From sequence record PQ182779.1: a DNA stretch of 64,000 bases. One strand, given 5' to 3'. The notes beneath the pieces were generated by a model, which searched no databases, was not told the origin of the DNA, and saw only the letters and a list, made by a program, of their open reading frames with translations. Below, piece after piece: positions 20,201 to 28,544 of the stretch. A program made the position numbers and the translations under genes. The stretch's first letter is position 1. Every line of letters starts with the position of its first letter.

Positions 20201-21008
20201 GAATAGTGATGTTACTAAAAGGTTTCCCTGTTGTCCCGTCAGCCAAAATACAATAATTGTTATTTTCAAAATGACAGTTTCTTATCGTAATGGATCCAGG
20301 TAAGGGGTTATTACGTAAGGATATTGCAGTTGTAGCTGCGCTATTTATAAAATCGCAGAAAGATAAATCAACACCACCGCCATAATGGCGAACACAGACC
20401 CCTTCGAATGAAACGCCTTCTACGTTAGATTTGGAAATGTATATGTTGTTAGTTCCCGCACCTTTAATTGAGCCGCCAACAAAAACAATACCGTCCATTG
20501 TTAGTCCTTTGGACGGGTTACTTAAAACGTATGTCTTCGAACCAATTACTTTTAATTGTTTTAACTTTGCATCAACAAACAATTGATTAAGGGCATCTTC
20601 AATGTCAGAGTATGAGGGGTTGTTTATATACATTTCCGGTGTAAGATAGTTAACCCCATCCGTTACTTTTTTTACTACAGCTGAAACTCCCCTGGCGGAA
20701 GGATATTTTATTTGATTTCCTTCGGTATCAAGTATCGCGCTAAAAGTTGTTCCTCCTTGATTCATGTAACCAAGAACAGAATTCTTGTTTATATCTTCGA
20801 AAACAAAGAATGGCTCATTAGAAATCGTGTTAGCTATACCTTCCTCTATGCTATCGAAAGCATTTTCAAAATTAATACTTTGCCTCAAAGTGTTTAAGGT
20901 ACTCGCACCGGTGATGATTGAACTTTGATCAGTTAGAGGGATAAGTGTATTCTCGTTCGGTTTATTGTTTCTTGGAAGTTGAGTTATTTTTAAAGATGTA
21001 TCACTCAT
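17205..21008 (-). CDS. Tailspike B (1267 aa): colanidase/WcaM-like domain fused to a Klebsiella K1-lyase-like domain
   Basis: KITQLP...FENAF anchor. WGIGIGVAG...CRQCIHFE...YGCRDF...WGVVSGAY is WcaM-like. GRSAVKLFNC...IGWYGVEIIGCSE...RHAVSFNW...GFDTHDLG...DDGFQIR...SFTVKSNNASDGSAFSWEILL is K1-lyase-like. Confidence 0.85.
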   Translation of the reverse strand: MSDTSLKITQLPRNNKPNENTLIPLTDQSSIITGASTLNTLRQSINFENAFDSIEEGIANTISNEPFFVFEDINKNSVLGYMNQGGTTFSAILDTEGNQIKYPSARGVSAVVKKVTDGVNYLTPEMYINNPSYSDIEDALNQLFVDAKLKQLKVIGSKTYVLSNPSKGLTMDGIVFVGGSIKGAGTNNIYISKSNVEGVSFEGVCVRHYGGGVDLSFCDFINSAATTAISLRNNPLPGSITIRNCHFENNNYCILADGTTGKPFSNITIQNNTFKNNAGDPIELNLIQSYQPGFVLIDGNFIDGVRGVNSAWGIGIGVAGAGNYALESDDADLAANVIVTNNLVINCRQCIHFEKSRAFEITNNFVYPDASFSPNAGLSAAGVVLYGCRDFSINGLVSKPVQGTEDGLALRWGVVSGAYSSPCRNYNLRNIITTGNCTIYNGANDSVDSNVLVENVSSKNFTFKGYFTTAKLSNINARGTDHAIQVSHTTGEGVGILRRLRSITLILDNVKLLSLSNTPIGTVNNLYVDNLSVTNCNFDAIKMAENSYSRGNLTQSINEVKYIDNVTSIPVGQEFSAGTLIILTATGAQYLITRSGSIAPSSTDSIRATIAGQKYIESNSLNWSSALGAKTAGLRLTIPGAGTDGAALNTTVLRSGYAGGGYYRVEITDPIVTPTTTGTVISPTVVATYVLVTDKVISSGFNSVSAINAYIAGGGKTLNFDRDITATSSLTVGSNTKITFGNGVTINADNTAREGISIKGSAPTSFVNLAVNALAKDVSITLNDSSFNVGDWLEIRSEKLLPGPNNYQVKQSVLRKITAKTASGSNTVYRLHTGLLFDFNTSDTAKAGKATVLENIVIDGANLNKDGFTNTFALGINCAYVYNLTLKNITIRGTKDKSSLDDVAGRSAVKLFNCSNVTVDNLTVDSIGWYGVEIIGCSENVDVNKLYSTDSRHAVSFNWLATGDLYGGPLFSQIRNSVSHNARLSGFDTHDLGLGITFDSCQSFSSGDDGFQIRAINATLINCYAFGATLDGFGGALGATNTRLIDCKAEGNTRYGVNFGYEGGYLENCHIINNGFIGVAINSGKISGGSITGNNPVAIDLAAGFNAVYNDLKIENVHMPSSGSQNKIIRFKGDANIANKPELVTIENCNVIGYGRDWAALTGFTVQPLSCITRGNRLSANSTDGSKISGVATLTAGTVTVNTTEVFSQLSTSANIMRYNSQIILRPLTFATNVNSLYISAIANGTSFTVKSNNASDGSAFSWEILL

Positions 21009-21036
21009 GTTATTTTCTCTCTTAACATAGTCTGAT

Positions 21037-21050
21037 GGTCATACGAAACA
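21037..21050 (-). promoter_or_regulatory. Putative late promoter TGTTTCGTATGACC for tailspike B
   Basis: Identical to 17152-17165. Confidence 0.65.
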
Positions 21051-21052
21051 CA

Positions 21053-21084
21053 AAAGAGAAGCGTGGTAAACCACGCTTCTCTTT
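21053..21084 (-). terminator. Terminator after tailspike C
   Basis: AAAGAGAAGCGTGG-TAAA-CCACGCTTCTCTTT. Confidence 0.78.
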
Positions 21085-21087
21085 AAG

Positions 21088-22899
21088 TTAAATTGTGTAT
21101 TGTCTAACGTTTAAAGTCACCGTAGAGGCCGAGGTGACATTAAGCGTAAAGGTTGATCCGTCCGTTGCTAAGTTGGTTATTGAAAGAACGTAGGTTTCCG
21201 TCCCCGTTATCCCGATAGAGGCATCTCCGCGAATTGACAATATCCGGATGTTAGCATTCCCGCCTTCGCGATAGGTTATAGTATCGAGTATACATCCGGC
21301 ATGGCCACCATTGGATGTCCTAACTGTAACCTGATATGTGTTAATATCATTACTGTAAGTCGATACTGTACGCGTAGTAACGGGCATCGGTAATGGGGAT
21401 CCTGAACTAGCCCCATTATAGGCCCCGTAACTGACATAACGTTTACCGTTGACTATTTTAGTTACGCCTTCCGTAACGTTATCCTCAAAGCCGACGCAAC
21501 CAACTATTCTCAAATACGGTCGCGTTGCGCCAGAATATGGACTAGTCACAAAACCACCCAGGTCACAACCGACAGCAGTTAATCTACCGTCGTTGTTAGC
21601 ACCTCCGATTTTGAACATATACTGCGGAGAAGGTGTTGTAATAGACCCGCCAGCATCGTCAATTCCTGCGCTGGTCGTTACACCAATTAATTTTAACTGG
21701 GATGTTTCGTAGTAAATTTGCGCAGAATTAGCTGTTTCCGCTGTCCTTCCGTTACGGCGTATATTGACATTTGTTACCGTAACAGAAGAATTATTGAGCC
21801 AAATTCCATAACCGTGTGACCGGTCAATTATTTCGCCGGTTATTTGAATGGAGCTTACGCCGTAAAGATGATAACCATCCCCTTCGTTCCATTCGACTCT
21901 ACAGTTGGTAAAGTTATTAGAATTCGCGCCGGTATTTAACTGCACGCCATGACTTTTGTTAGCGTTGATAGTAAGGCCAATATGATTACCGTCGATAGTG
22001 TTATAAAGACCGATGTTGTTACCTGACATATTACAGTCTTTAAACCACGCAGAGATATACTCCCCTGACCGTCCCCCTACTTGACTAAAACGATAGAACC
22101 CGCAGTTACTCGCCCCACCACTAAGGTTGGCAGAACTCCTAGGGAACATCGGCGTTGTTCGGTTTCCGCCATCAAAGACAATCCCTTCAACGTAAAATGA
22201 ACCGTTCCAAATAATCAAATCTGTAGCAGTCGAAATTCTACGAATAACGCTCCCTTTGTTAAGGAACACATTGTCATTGGAAGCGGTGTACGGTTTACCG
22301 GATACCCCGTATAATCGTGCTCCGGCAGGCGCTTGTAAATCACCAACGAGATAATACCCTTTAACCGGAGGAACATATACTCGAGTACTATCCGCCCAAG
22401 CAGCTAAGAAAACGCTATTGAGGTTAATTTTTGGTGAACTACTATTTACATCGTCTATCTGCTCTTGCGTCATGTAGTCCCAAAGACTCACCGTCCTTTG
22501 GAATAAATTGTTTAAGGTGGATTTACCCCACTTAAGGTCAGCGGGTCCAACGTTGATAAGTTTTTCATTGAACTCCGGGGTAACTATAGAAATTTGTTTT
22601 GAATCTGAATCTACGATGGCTTCAGCTACACCGTTACGGTTATAGTACGGGTTAACCGTCAGTTTTTCAGCATCGGCGTAGACGTAGAAAATCTGATTTG
22701 GAGCAGTACCCGCCAGGCCCGCTACCGTCGTAGTGAATGCATTCTCAAAATTCAGTAATGAACGTAAATCAGAGAGCGCCATTCCTTTAGATTCTATAAC
22801 TCCATTTTCATTCTGTGCGATTAAAACCAGATCGGTATCATTCACAGGTTTCGATGGTCTATCCATTTCACTGAGTTTTACATAAATTTCGTTTGCCAT
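21088..22899 (-). CDS. Tailspike / putative capsule depolymerase C (603 aa, KLSE anchor)
   Basis: KLSEM...LRSLLNFENAF anchor and beta-helix repeats (GANSNNFTNCRVEWNEG). Confidence 0.85.
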   Translation of the reverse strand: MANEIYVKLSEMDRPSKPVNDTDLVLIAQNENGVIESKGMALSDLRSLLNFENAFTTTVAGLAGTAPNQIFYVYADAEKLTVNPYYNRNGVAEAIVDSDSKQISIVTPEFNEKLINVGPADLKWGKSTLNNLFQRTVSLWDYMTQEQIDDVNSSSPKINLNSVFLAAWADSTRVYVPPVKGYYLVGDLQAPAGARLYGVSGKPYTASNDNVFLNKGSVIRRISTATDLIIWNGSFYVEGIVFDGGNRTTPMFPRSSANLSGGASNCGFYRFSQVGGRSGEYISAWFKDCNMSGNNIGLYNTIDGNHIGLTINANKSHGVQLNTGANSNNFTNCRVEWNEGDGYHLYGVSSIQITGEIIDRSHGYGIWLNNSSVTVTNVNIRRNGRTAETANSAQIYYETSQLKLIGVTTSAGIDDAGGSITTPSPQYMFKIGGANNDGRLTAVGCDLGGFVTSPYSGATRPYLRIVGCVGFEDNVTEGVTKIVNGKRYVSYGAYNGASSGSPLPMPVTTRTVSTYSNDINTYQVTVRTSNGGHAGCILDTITYREGGNANIRILSIRGDASIGITGTETYVLSITNLATDGSTFTLNVTSASTVTLNVRQYTI

Positions 22900-22928
22900 T
22901 GTAGTACCTTGTTTATCTGTTGAATTAG

Positions 22929-22972
22929 ATCATACGATTAAAAATACTTAAACGTTCTTTTGTTTCGTATGA
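22929..22972. promoter_or_regulatory. Back-to-back late promoters: ATCGTATGA (minus strand, TATG 22931-22934) for C and TGTTTCGTATGA (plus strand, 22961-22972) for D
   Basis: Both motifs lie in the 98-bp divergent gap. Confidence 0.62.
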
Positions 22973-22997
22973 GATTCTTTCACTAGAGGGTAGTATA

Positions 22998-25280
22998 ATG
23001 CCTAAGACTTCAGATTCTATCGGAATCAAAATTTCTGAACTCGGTGACGCAGGGGTCATCAAAGAGAATGACGTCGTCCCGATTAACGCCAAAACCAGTG
23101 AGGGAGTTCCTTTCACTAAATCTACTAAAATTAACGACCTTCGTCAAACGCTGGGTTTCGAGAATGCTTTCCTGTCTGTGGATGCGGGCCTGAACGGAAC
23201 CGTGTCAGGGGACGTGTTTTTCGTCTATGAAAGCGCAGCGAAACTCTGGGTGCTGCAATACCAAAATAATGACGGAGTGGCTAACCCTATTCTTGGTTAT
23301 GATAATAACCAAGTCAGGCTGCCGACAAATCGTCAATTGAAAGCGGTCAGTGGGATAGCAGACCCCACCGGTTACAGTCAGATCGGGAAGGTTGAGTCCT
23401 TCGATACCCTGAGAAAACTGACTCCTGCTTATGAAGGACAACGTGTCCTACTCAAATCTTATTACAAAGACGGTCTGGAAGGCGGCGGGGAATTTATTGG
23501 ACGTTTGTCATCGGCAGTGGACGACAGCGGAGTTATTGCGGCCGGAGAAGGATTTTACTGGGAACGCCTGTTCGATAAAACCAAAAAGGAAATCAACGTA
23601 CTCTGGTTTGGTGCTGACCCTACCGGAACTAGTAGCTCAACCACCGCCTTCCAGGCGGCCCTGAACTTCCTAACCACCGGCGGTCGAATTATTGTACCAG
23701 CAGGGAAATATTCTATCCGTACATTAACGTACACGTACGACTATACTGAAATTGTCGGTGCGGGTGTTAATAAAACCGTCCTATTCTCCCCAGCGCCGTC
23801 TGGGCGCGGCTGGATGATCAGGATGAATGATTTAACGGAATGCGCCCTGAGAAACCTCACTATGGATTCTCTCTATACTTCAGTAGAGGGTTCATTCTGG
23901 ATGGGCGGTGGCATCAGATGCGTCGTTGATTCCTGCTCGTTCCTAAATGGCCATTACTGTACCGTTTCAATTAATGGTGCTACAGGGATTTCTGGCGGTA
24001 GACGTTATGCGTACGATAACAGAGTGACGAATTGTTACGCTAAAGGACAACGAAACTACCACCCTACTGGGACTTCACCTTTTATCGCAGGGAACGGTGC
24101 CGCTTATACTGTTTTTGAGAACTGTATCGTTGAAGACTGTAACGCCGATGCATATGACGCTGACTCCGCCCCTTACACTATCTTCAGAAATTGTATTGCT
24201 CGACAAAACGGCGAGACACGCAGTACTTTTGCTGGTTTCTGGTCGGAAGGTTTAGTCTCTGAATTCAGTGCGCAAACCGGTTTTAGTGAATACGTGGTCT
24301 TCTGGGAAAACTGTCGCGCTGAGGGTTATCAGATAGGTATCGGTTCTTCCGAGGATGTCAAAGCGGTAGTGACCAATCCCATGATGAATAAATGTAACCG
24401 TGGTCTATGGTTACGTACAGACGCTACTGTTGACGGTGGCTTAATTTCAAACTGCGGCGTCGCTTCTTCACAAACTGAAGTACCGCTCTATTTTGAAAGT
24501 AGTGTGAAGATCACCGGTACGAAATGCACAGGTACGGTTTCAAGCGGTTGTGTTTATGTCTATAACGCCACGTATTCGACCACTACGCCCTCGGTTTACG
24601 ACAACGTAACGTTCGATGGTCGTGTTTATATCTACACAGGTAACAGTTCCCGGTTTATTGATTTCACCAACTGTGTATTCCTTAAGGGCGGTATCTCCTG
24701 GTATAATACGGGTAGTAATACGTATTTAATCTCTAATTGTCTTTTCATTGACTCTGTGATAACCGGGGCGCGTTGTAAACACGCTCGTGTTGCAAATTGT
24801 ATCTTCATTGATAATAACAACACATTGACCGCGATCACCAACACACTCGATACGTATAACACCTATGTGTACGATTGCCATTTCGACGGATTCTCTGTCG
24901 TTTCAACAACCGCAACGCTAGGTAAAAATACCTATTTGAATTGTACTACTAACCCTTCAATAACTCGCGACTATGTTATTAAAACACAGCTGACACTGAC
25001 TAACGCAGGAGAAGCTGTCAATATACCGATGGGCGCAGGTTTTGCCAGAGGAACGGCGATTATTATTGCACAAGGTTCCTCTAACGATACCGCTTCTGGT
25101 GTCTATGCAATTTCGGCGACAAGTAATACATCCACTAGAACTATCACACCTTTAGTGGAAACTGCCGAAGCAAACGGTGGTAATAAGTTCGTTATTACAT
25201 GGCCGAGTGGTGCCGGTCCAGCGATCTCTCATCCGGTTGCGGGAAGGGTTGTAAACATTACTGTTTTAAACTATAACTAA
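22998..25280 (+). CDS. Tailspike / putative capsule depolymerase D (760 aa, KISEL anchor)
   Basis: KISELG...LGFENAF anchor, neck module SFDTLRKLTP...GGGEF...YWER, and pectate-lyase-like NVLWFGADPTG...AFQAAL. Confidence 0.87.
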   Translation: MPKTSDSIGIKISELGDAGVIKENDVVPINAKTSEGVPFTKSTKINDLRQTLGFENAFLSVDAGLNGTVSGDVFFVYESAAKLWVLQYQNNDGVANPILGYDNNQVRLPTNRQLKAVSGIADPTGYSQIGKVESFDTLRKLTPAYEGQRVLLKSYYKDGLEGGGEFIGRLSSAVDDSGVIAAGEGFYWERLFDKTKKEINVLWFGADPTGTSSSTTAFQAALNFLTTGGRIIVPAGKYSIRTLTYTYDYTEIVGAGVNKTVLFSPAPSGRGWMIRMNDLTECALRNLTMDSLYTSVEGSFWMGGGIRCVVDSCSFLNGHYCTVSINGATGISGGRRYAYDNRVTNCYAKGQRNYHPTGTSPFIAGNGAAYTVFENCIVEDCNADAYDADSAPYTIFRNCIARQNGETRSTFAGFWSEGLVSEFSAQTGFSEYVVFWENCRAEGYQIGIGSSEDVKAVVTNPMMNKCNRGLWLRTDATVDGGLISNCGVASSQTEVPLYFESSVKITGTKCTGTVSSGCVYVYNATYSTTTPSVYDNVTFDGRVYIYTGNSSRFIDFTNCVFLKGGISWYNTGSNTYLISNCLFIDSVITGARCKHARVANCIFIDNNNTLTAITNTLDTYNTYVYDCHFDGFSVVSTTATLGKNTYLNCTTNPSITRDYVIKTQLTLTNAGEAVNIPMGAGFARGTAIIIAQGSSNDTASGVYAISATSNTSTRTITPLVETAEANGGNKFVITWPSGAGPAISHPVAGRVVNITVLNYN

Positions 25281-25318
25281 AATAGAGAGGGGCTGAAATG
25301 CCCCTCTCTATTTGTTTT
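25281..25318 (+). terminator. Terminator after tailspike D
   Basis: AATAGAGAGGGGC-TGAAAT-GCCCCTCTCTATT plus a U tract. Confidence 0.78.
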
Positions 25319-25326
25319 CCTATGAC
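25313..25326 (+). promoter_or_regulatory. Putative late promoter TGTTTTCCTATGAC for tailspike E
   Basis: TATG at 25321, right after a terminator. Confidence 0.58.
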
Positions 25327-25365
25327 TATTTTCCTCCCCCATTGCCTAAGACGAGGTTTCTTGCA

Positions 25366-28300
25366 ATGAGCAATTACAGCAAAAAGATTTCTGAATTAGT
25401 CAGTACAGGGAAAGTCCCTGAATCCGCGGTTTTACCCGTCGCGTTAGCGGGACAAACGAACGAAACCTATCGCGTTTCTCTTAACGACGTTCGTGCTAAT
25501 CTTCTGTTTGAAAACGCTTACTCGTCATTAGCGGACGGTATTTCTAATACCGTTAAAGACGAGATTTTCTACGTCTACACAGATGACTCCCGGCACTACG
25601 TAGCAGCCTTCGTTAACGTCAATGGAGCTTCTGCTACCTCTTTATACAAAAACGGTACCGCGGTCATCTACGGTACCGGAAAATTGACCGCGGGCGGTCA
25701 ATTCGGCGCTTATACTTCATACGTCTCTTACGTGTACAATAACGGCTCTGCCGTCGGCGGTGAAACTGAGATCGGGATCCCTTTCGATTGTTTCGATATA
25801 GGCGAAATGTTCCTTAACGGAAGTCATCAGATTAAAGGGACTAACTATACTTTTGATAATGAAACCAACAAAGTCAAACTAGCAGGGCCATTGACAGCAG
25901 GTGCAACTGTTGTATTATACACGCGCCCTTATCCGGGTACGCCTGTTACACCTGTAGAACCGGGTATCACTGATTATGTTAATGTTTCCTGGTTGTATAA
26001 CGACGGTGCAGCAGTAGGCGGTGAAACGACGTTAACGCCGCCGTGGTCGTTTAAGACCGTCACTGCTATCTACATTAACGGTAGCCGCCAGATCTTGAAC
26101 AAACACTTTGAGGTAGTGAACAGCACTACTATTTCGCTGGCGAAGGCACTCAGTACGAATGACATTGTCGAAGTCATTCTTGGCGGTTCCCGTGCGGAGA
26201 TTACTGTCAGTGTATCGGGTACGCCGGCGGAAGTGTTGGCAACGTTAGCACTCAGCACTGGCGCGACCAAAGTTAACACTAGTTACGGAGTAAGCCTTGA
26301 ACAGCTCGCGCAAGGGTTTTACGGTGTAGAATCATTCGCAGCATTACAAGAACGTAAGCCAGCTTTTGAAGGTGAACGCGTCCAATTGAAAGGTTATTAC
26401 TCTTCTGATACATCCGGTTCAGGTACATTCATCGGTCACCTGGGAACCGGTATCGATGACGGCGGTATTATTGCGGCAGGTCCTAATTTTTACTGGGAGC
26501 GTGTTATTCACGATAATACGGTAACAGCCGAGATGTTTGGCTGTAAGACCACCGAAACAGTTTCATCAAATTTCAACGTGTGGCCCACAGTTCGGTTTGA
26601 TAATACCGAAAGAATGCAAGCGGCTTTTGATGCAGCTATTTCCCGTAAGTTAAAGCTAACTCTGAGTACAAATACCTACTATTTTGAATCAGCGAATACG
26701 CTGAAAATATCGGGAACTATTCAGTTAGAAGGTCGCCCGGGTACTACGTTCTATTGTAACCCGTCACTTAAAGCGAATCCGAAGACCGATCCGTTTATTG
26801 TAATTAGTGGTTGCTCGCGCGGAAGAATATCCAGTATTCTTTGCATGTCTAATTCTTATCTCGGGAAAGGAATTCAGATTGACCGTAGTGTGGGCGATAA
26901 CCAAAAGATGCTGTTAGATAACGTATTCGTTGAAACTTTCCGTTGGGGCTTCTACGTTCCTGCCGCCGAGTGTCTCAATCAAGCCGAATTTCGTAGTTGC
27001 CGGGCGCAGTCTAACTATTTCGCCGGAACCTGGATCGAGTCGTTCAAAGATGGCGAGGCTTATGCCCATAGTGCCCCTGTTCATTTCATGAACATGATCA
27101 ATAATGGTAACGGCCCGACGTCTTTCGCGATGGGATCGACTTATGTGACGACGACCGGCGCGAGAATCGCGGTAATGGATGCGGCCACTGATGTTGGCGT
27201 TCAAGTCTACATGAAAGGGCTAAGTAATGTTCAGTACATTGGCGGTCAAGTATCTGGTCACGGCAGTCCCCGTAATACAGCATTGTTCGTAGCGTCTCAG
27301 TGTAACTCAGTTCAGTTGTATGGCACTGACATCGAAGATATCACAGGTTATACTACAACTGGTGTAGCAATCACCGCCGATAACGTAGCTACGATCGAAT
27401 CGACGTTTGCCAATGACCTTTCTGGTGCTGCGATCGTTATTTCTGCTGTCCCTGATTTCAGTATTGATAGCCCGCACATTTTCAATATTAAAACTCTGGC
27501 GACGGTCAAGGTAACGAACAATACGTATAACTACAACATCGGTGGATTCACTCCTGGTGCTCCATATTTGTACGATGTCTGGGACACCAATGGTGGTTCT
27601 AATTCGCGGGTTTCAGGGATCATTCATCCGCGTTTAGTTAACTCCTCTCGCGGTATTAATGGTATTGCGTTTGATAACATGGCGAATAAGTCGACGGTTA
27701 GTTCTCTAATCCATAATGAAATCACCTCGGTGAAAGGAATCGCTCCTAATACCGGGGTCAACGTGCCACATTCTACCGTGATGTGGCAGAATGGAACGAT
27801 GCAAAGTTCCACTGACCTTAACACGGGCTATCGCTTGAGTTATCTAAGTAGTCACAACCAGCCGTTGACTTCGTTGCACTTATACAACGAAGTGACTGTC
27901 TCGAATTTCGGCGCGTCAACCACCTTAGCTGCCGCATTAGACGAACTGAAGTACATCTACATCCAAGCCCCCTATGCCAACTATGGCGACGGACGTGTCA
28001 TTGTACAAGCCATCGGGGATGCGGATGCGATTCTAAATTCTAACTGGTTCTCTCCGATGCAGTTCTCGTCGTCATTCCCTCTCGGTGGTTTTGTACGTTT
28101 CGAAGTTCCTACCGGAACTAAGAAAATCCGTTATGGGATTGTCAACAGCGCAGACTATATTGGTTCGTTAAAAAGTCACTTTATGGCTAACTTCGCCTAT
28201 TCAATACGATTCTTCCTGAAGGTTTTTGCTGTCTATAATGACATTGGTCGTTATGGTCAGTACGATCCGCCGTATTCGGTTGGAATCGATAAGTTCCGAG

Positions 28301-28425
28301 TAGGGGAACCAACCTCTCAGATGTCAGCTATAGCAGATAGTACCGCAACGGACGTGGCAGGAGTTAACCTTAAGTTAAACGCGTTGTTGGCGGAACTTCG
28401 TTCTAAAAAGTACATGGGTACGTAA
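25366..28425 (+). CDS. Tailspike E with two T4 gp10-like branch modules and a K2-type capsule depolymerase body
   Basis: The likely start is ATG 25366 (RBS GAGG). KISEL anchor and two YNxGxAVGGET repeats. The body (DRSVGDN...FRWGFY...RAQSNYF...HSAPVHF...GHGSPRNT...PPYSV) matches the remembered Webervirus K2 depolymerase (RAD2/B1 type). Confidence 0.88.
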   Translation: MSNYSKKISELVSTGKVPESAVLPVALAGQTNETYRVSLNDVRANLLFENAYSSLADGISNTVKDEIFYVYTDDSRHYVAAFVNVNGASATSLYKNGTAVIYGTGKLTAGGQFGAYTSYVSYVYNNGSAVGGETEIGIPFDCFDIGEMFLNGSHQIKGTNYTFDNETNKVKLAGPLTAGATVVLYTRPYPGTPVTPVEPGITDYVNVSWLYNDGAAVGGETTLTPPWSFKTVTAIYINGSRQILNKHFEVVNSTTISLAKALSTNDIVEVILGGSRAEITVSVSGTPAEVLATLALSTGATKVNTSYGVSLEQLAQGFYGVESFAALQERKPAFEGERVQLKGYYSSDTSGSGTFIGHLGTGIDDGGIIAAGPNFYWERVIHDNTVTAEMFGCKTTETVSSNFNVWPTVRFDNTERMQAAFDAAISRKLKLTLSTNTYYFESANTLKISGTIQLEGRPGTTFYCNPSLKANPKTDPFIVISGCSRGRISSILCMSNSYLGKGIQIDRSVGDNQKMLLDNVFVETFRWGFYVPAAECLNQAEFRSCRAQSNYFAGTWIESFKDGEAYAHSAPVHFMNMINNGNGPTSFAMGSTYVTTTGARIAVMDAATDVGVQVYMKGLSNVQYIGGQVSGHGSPRNTALFVASQCNSVQLYGTDIEDITGYTTTGVAITADNVATIESTFANDLSGAAIVISAVPDFSIDSPHIFNIKTLATVKVTNNTYNYNIGGFTPGAPYLYDVWDTNGGSNSRVSGIIHPRLVNSSRGINGIAFDNMANKSTVSSLIHNEITSVKGIAPNTGVNVPHSTVMWQNGTMQSSTDLNTGYRLSYLSSHNQPLTSLHLYNEVTVSNFGASTTLAAALDELKYIYIQAPYANYGDGRVIVQAIGDADAILNSNWFSPMQFSSSFPLGGFVRFEVPTGTKKIRYGIVNSADYIGSLKSHFMANFAYSIRFFLKVFAVYNDIGRYGQYDPPYSVGIDKFRVGEPTSQMSAIADSTATDVAGVNLKLNALLAELRSKKYMGT

Positions 28426-28544
28426 TTCTTGAATAGCATTTTCTCTGACATTACAGGTACAGTAAACGTATCTAGATTGTCAATGTTCCGTTTTGAGACA
28501 GCGTAAAAAGGAGGGGAAATCCCCTCCTTAAAAGGAAAAAATAA

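Noticed and set aside
21088-22899. Assigning specific K types to spikes A, C, D, F, H, I and J
   Set aside because: They resemble Klebsiella depolymerase families, but I cannot match them to a characterised enzyme reliably from memory; this needs BLAST and halo assays.
14365-22997. Three minus-strand spike genes as an invertible (phase-variable) cassette
   Set aside because: No inverted repeats flank the block and no invertase is present in the window. Each gene has its own promoter and terminator, and there is a bidirectional terminator at 14371, consistent with a fixed arrangement.
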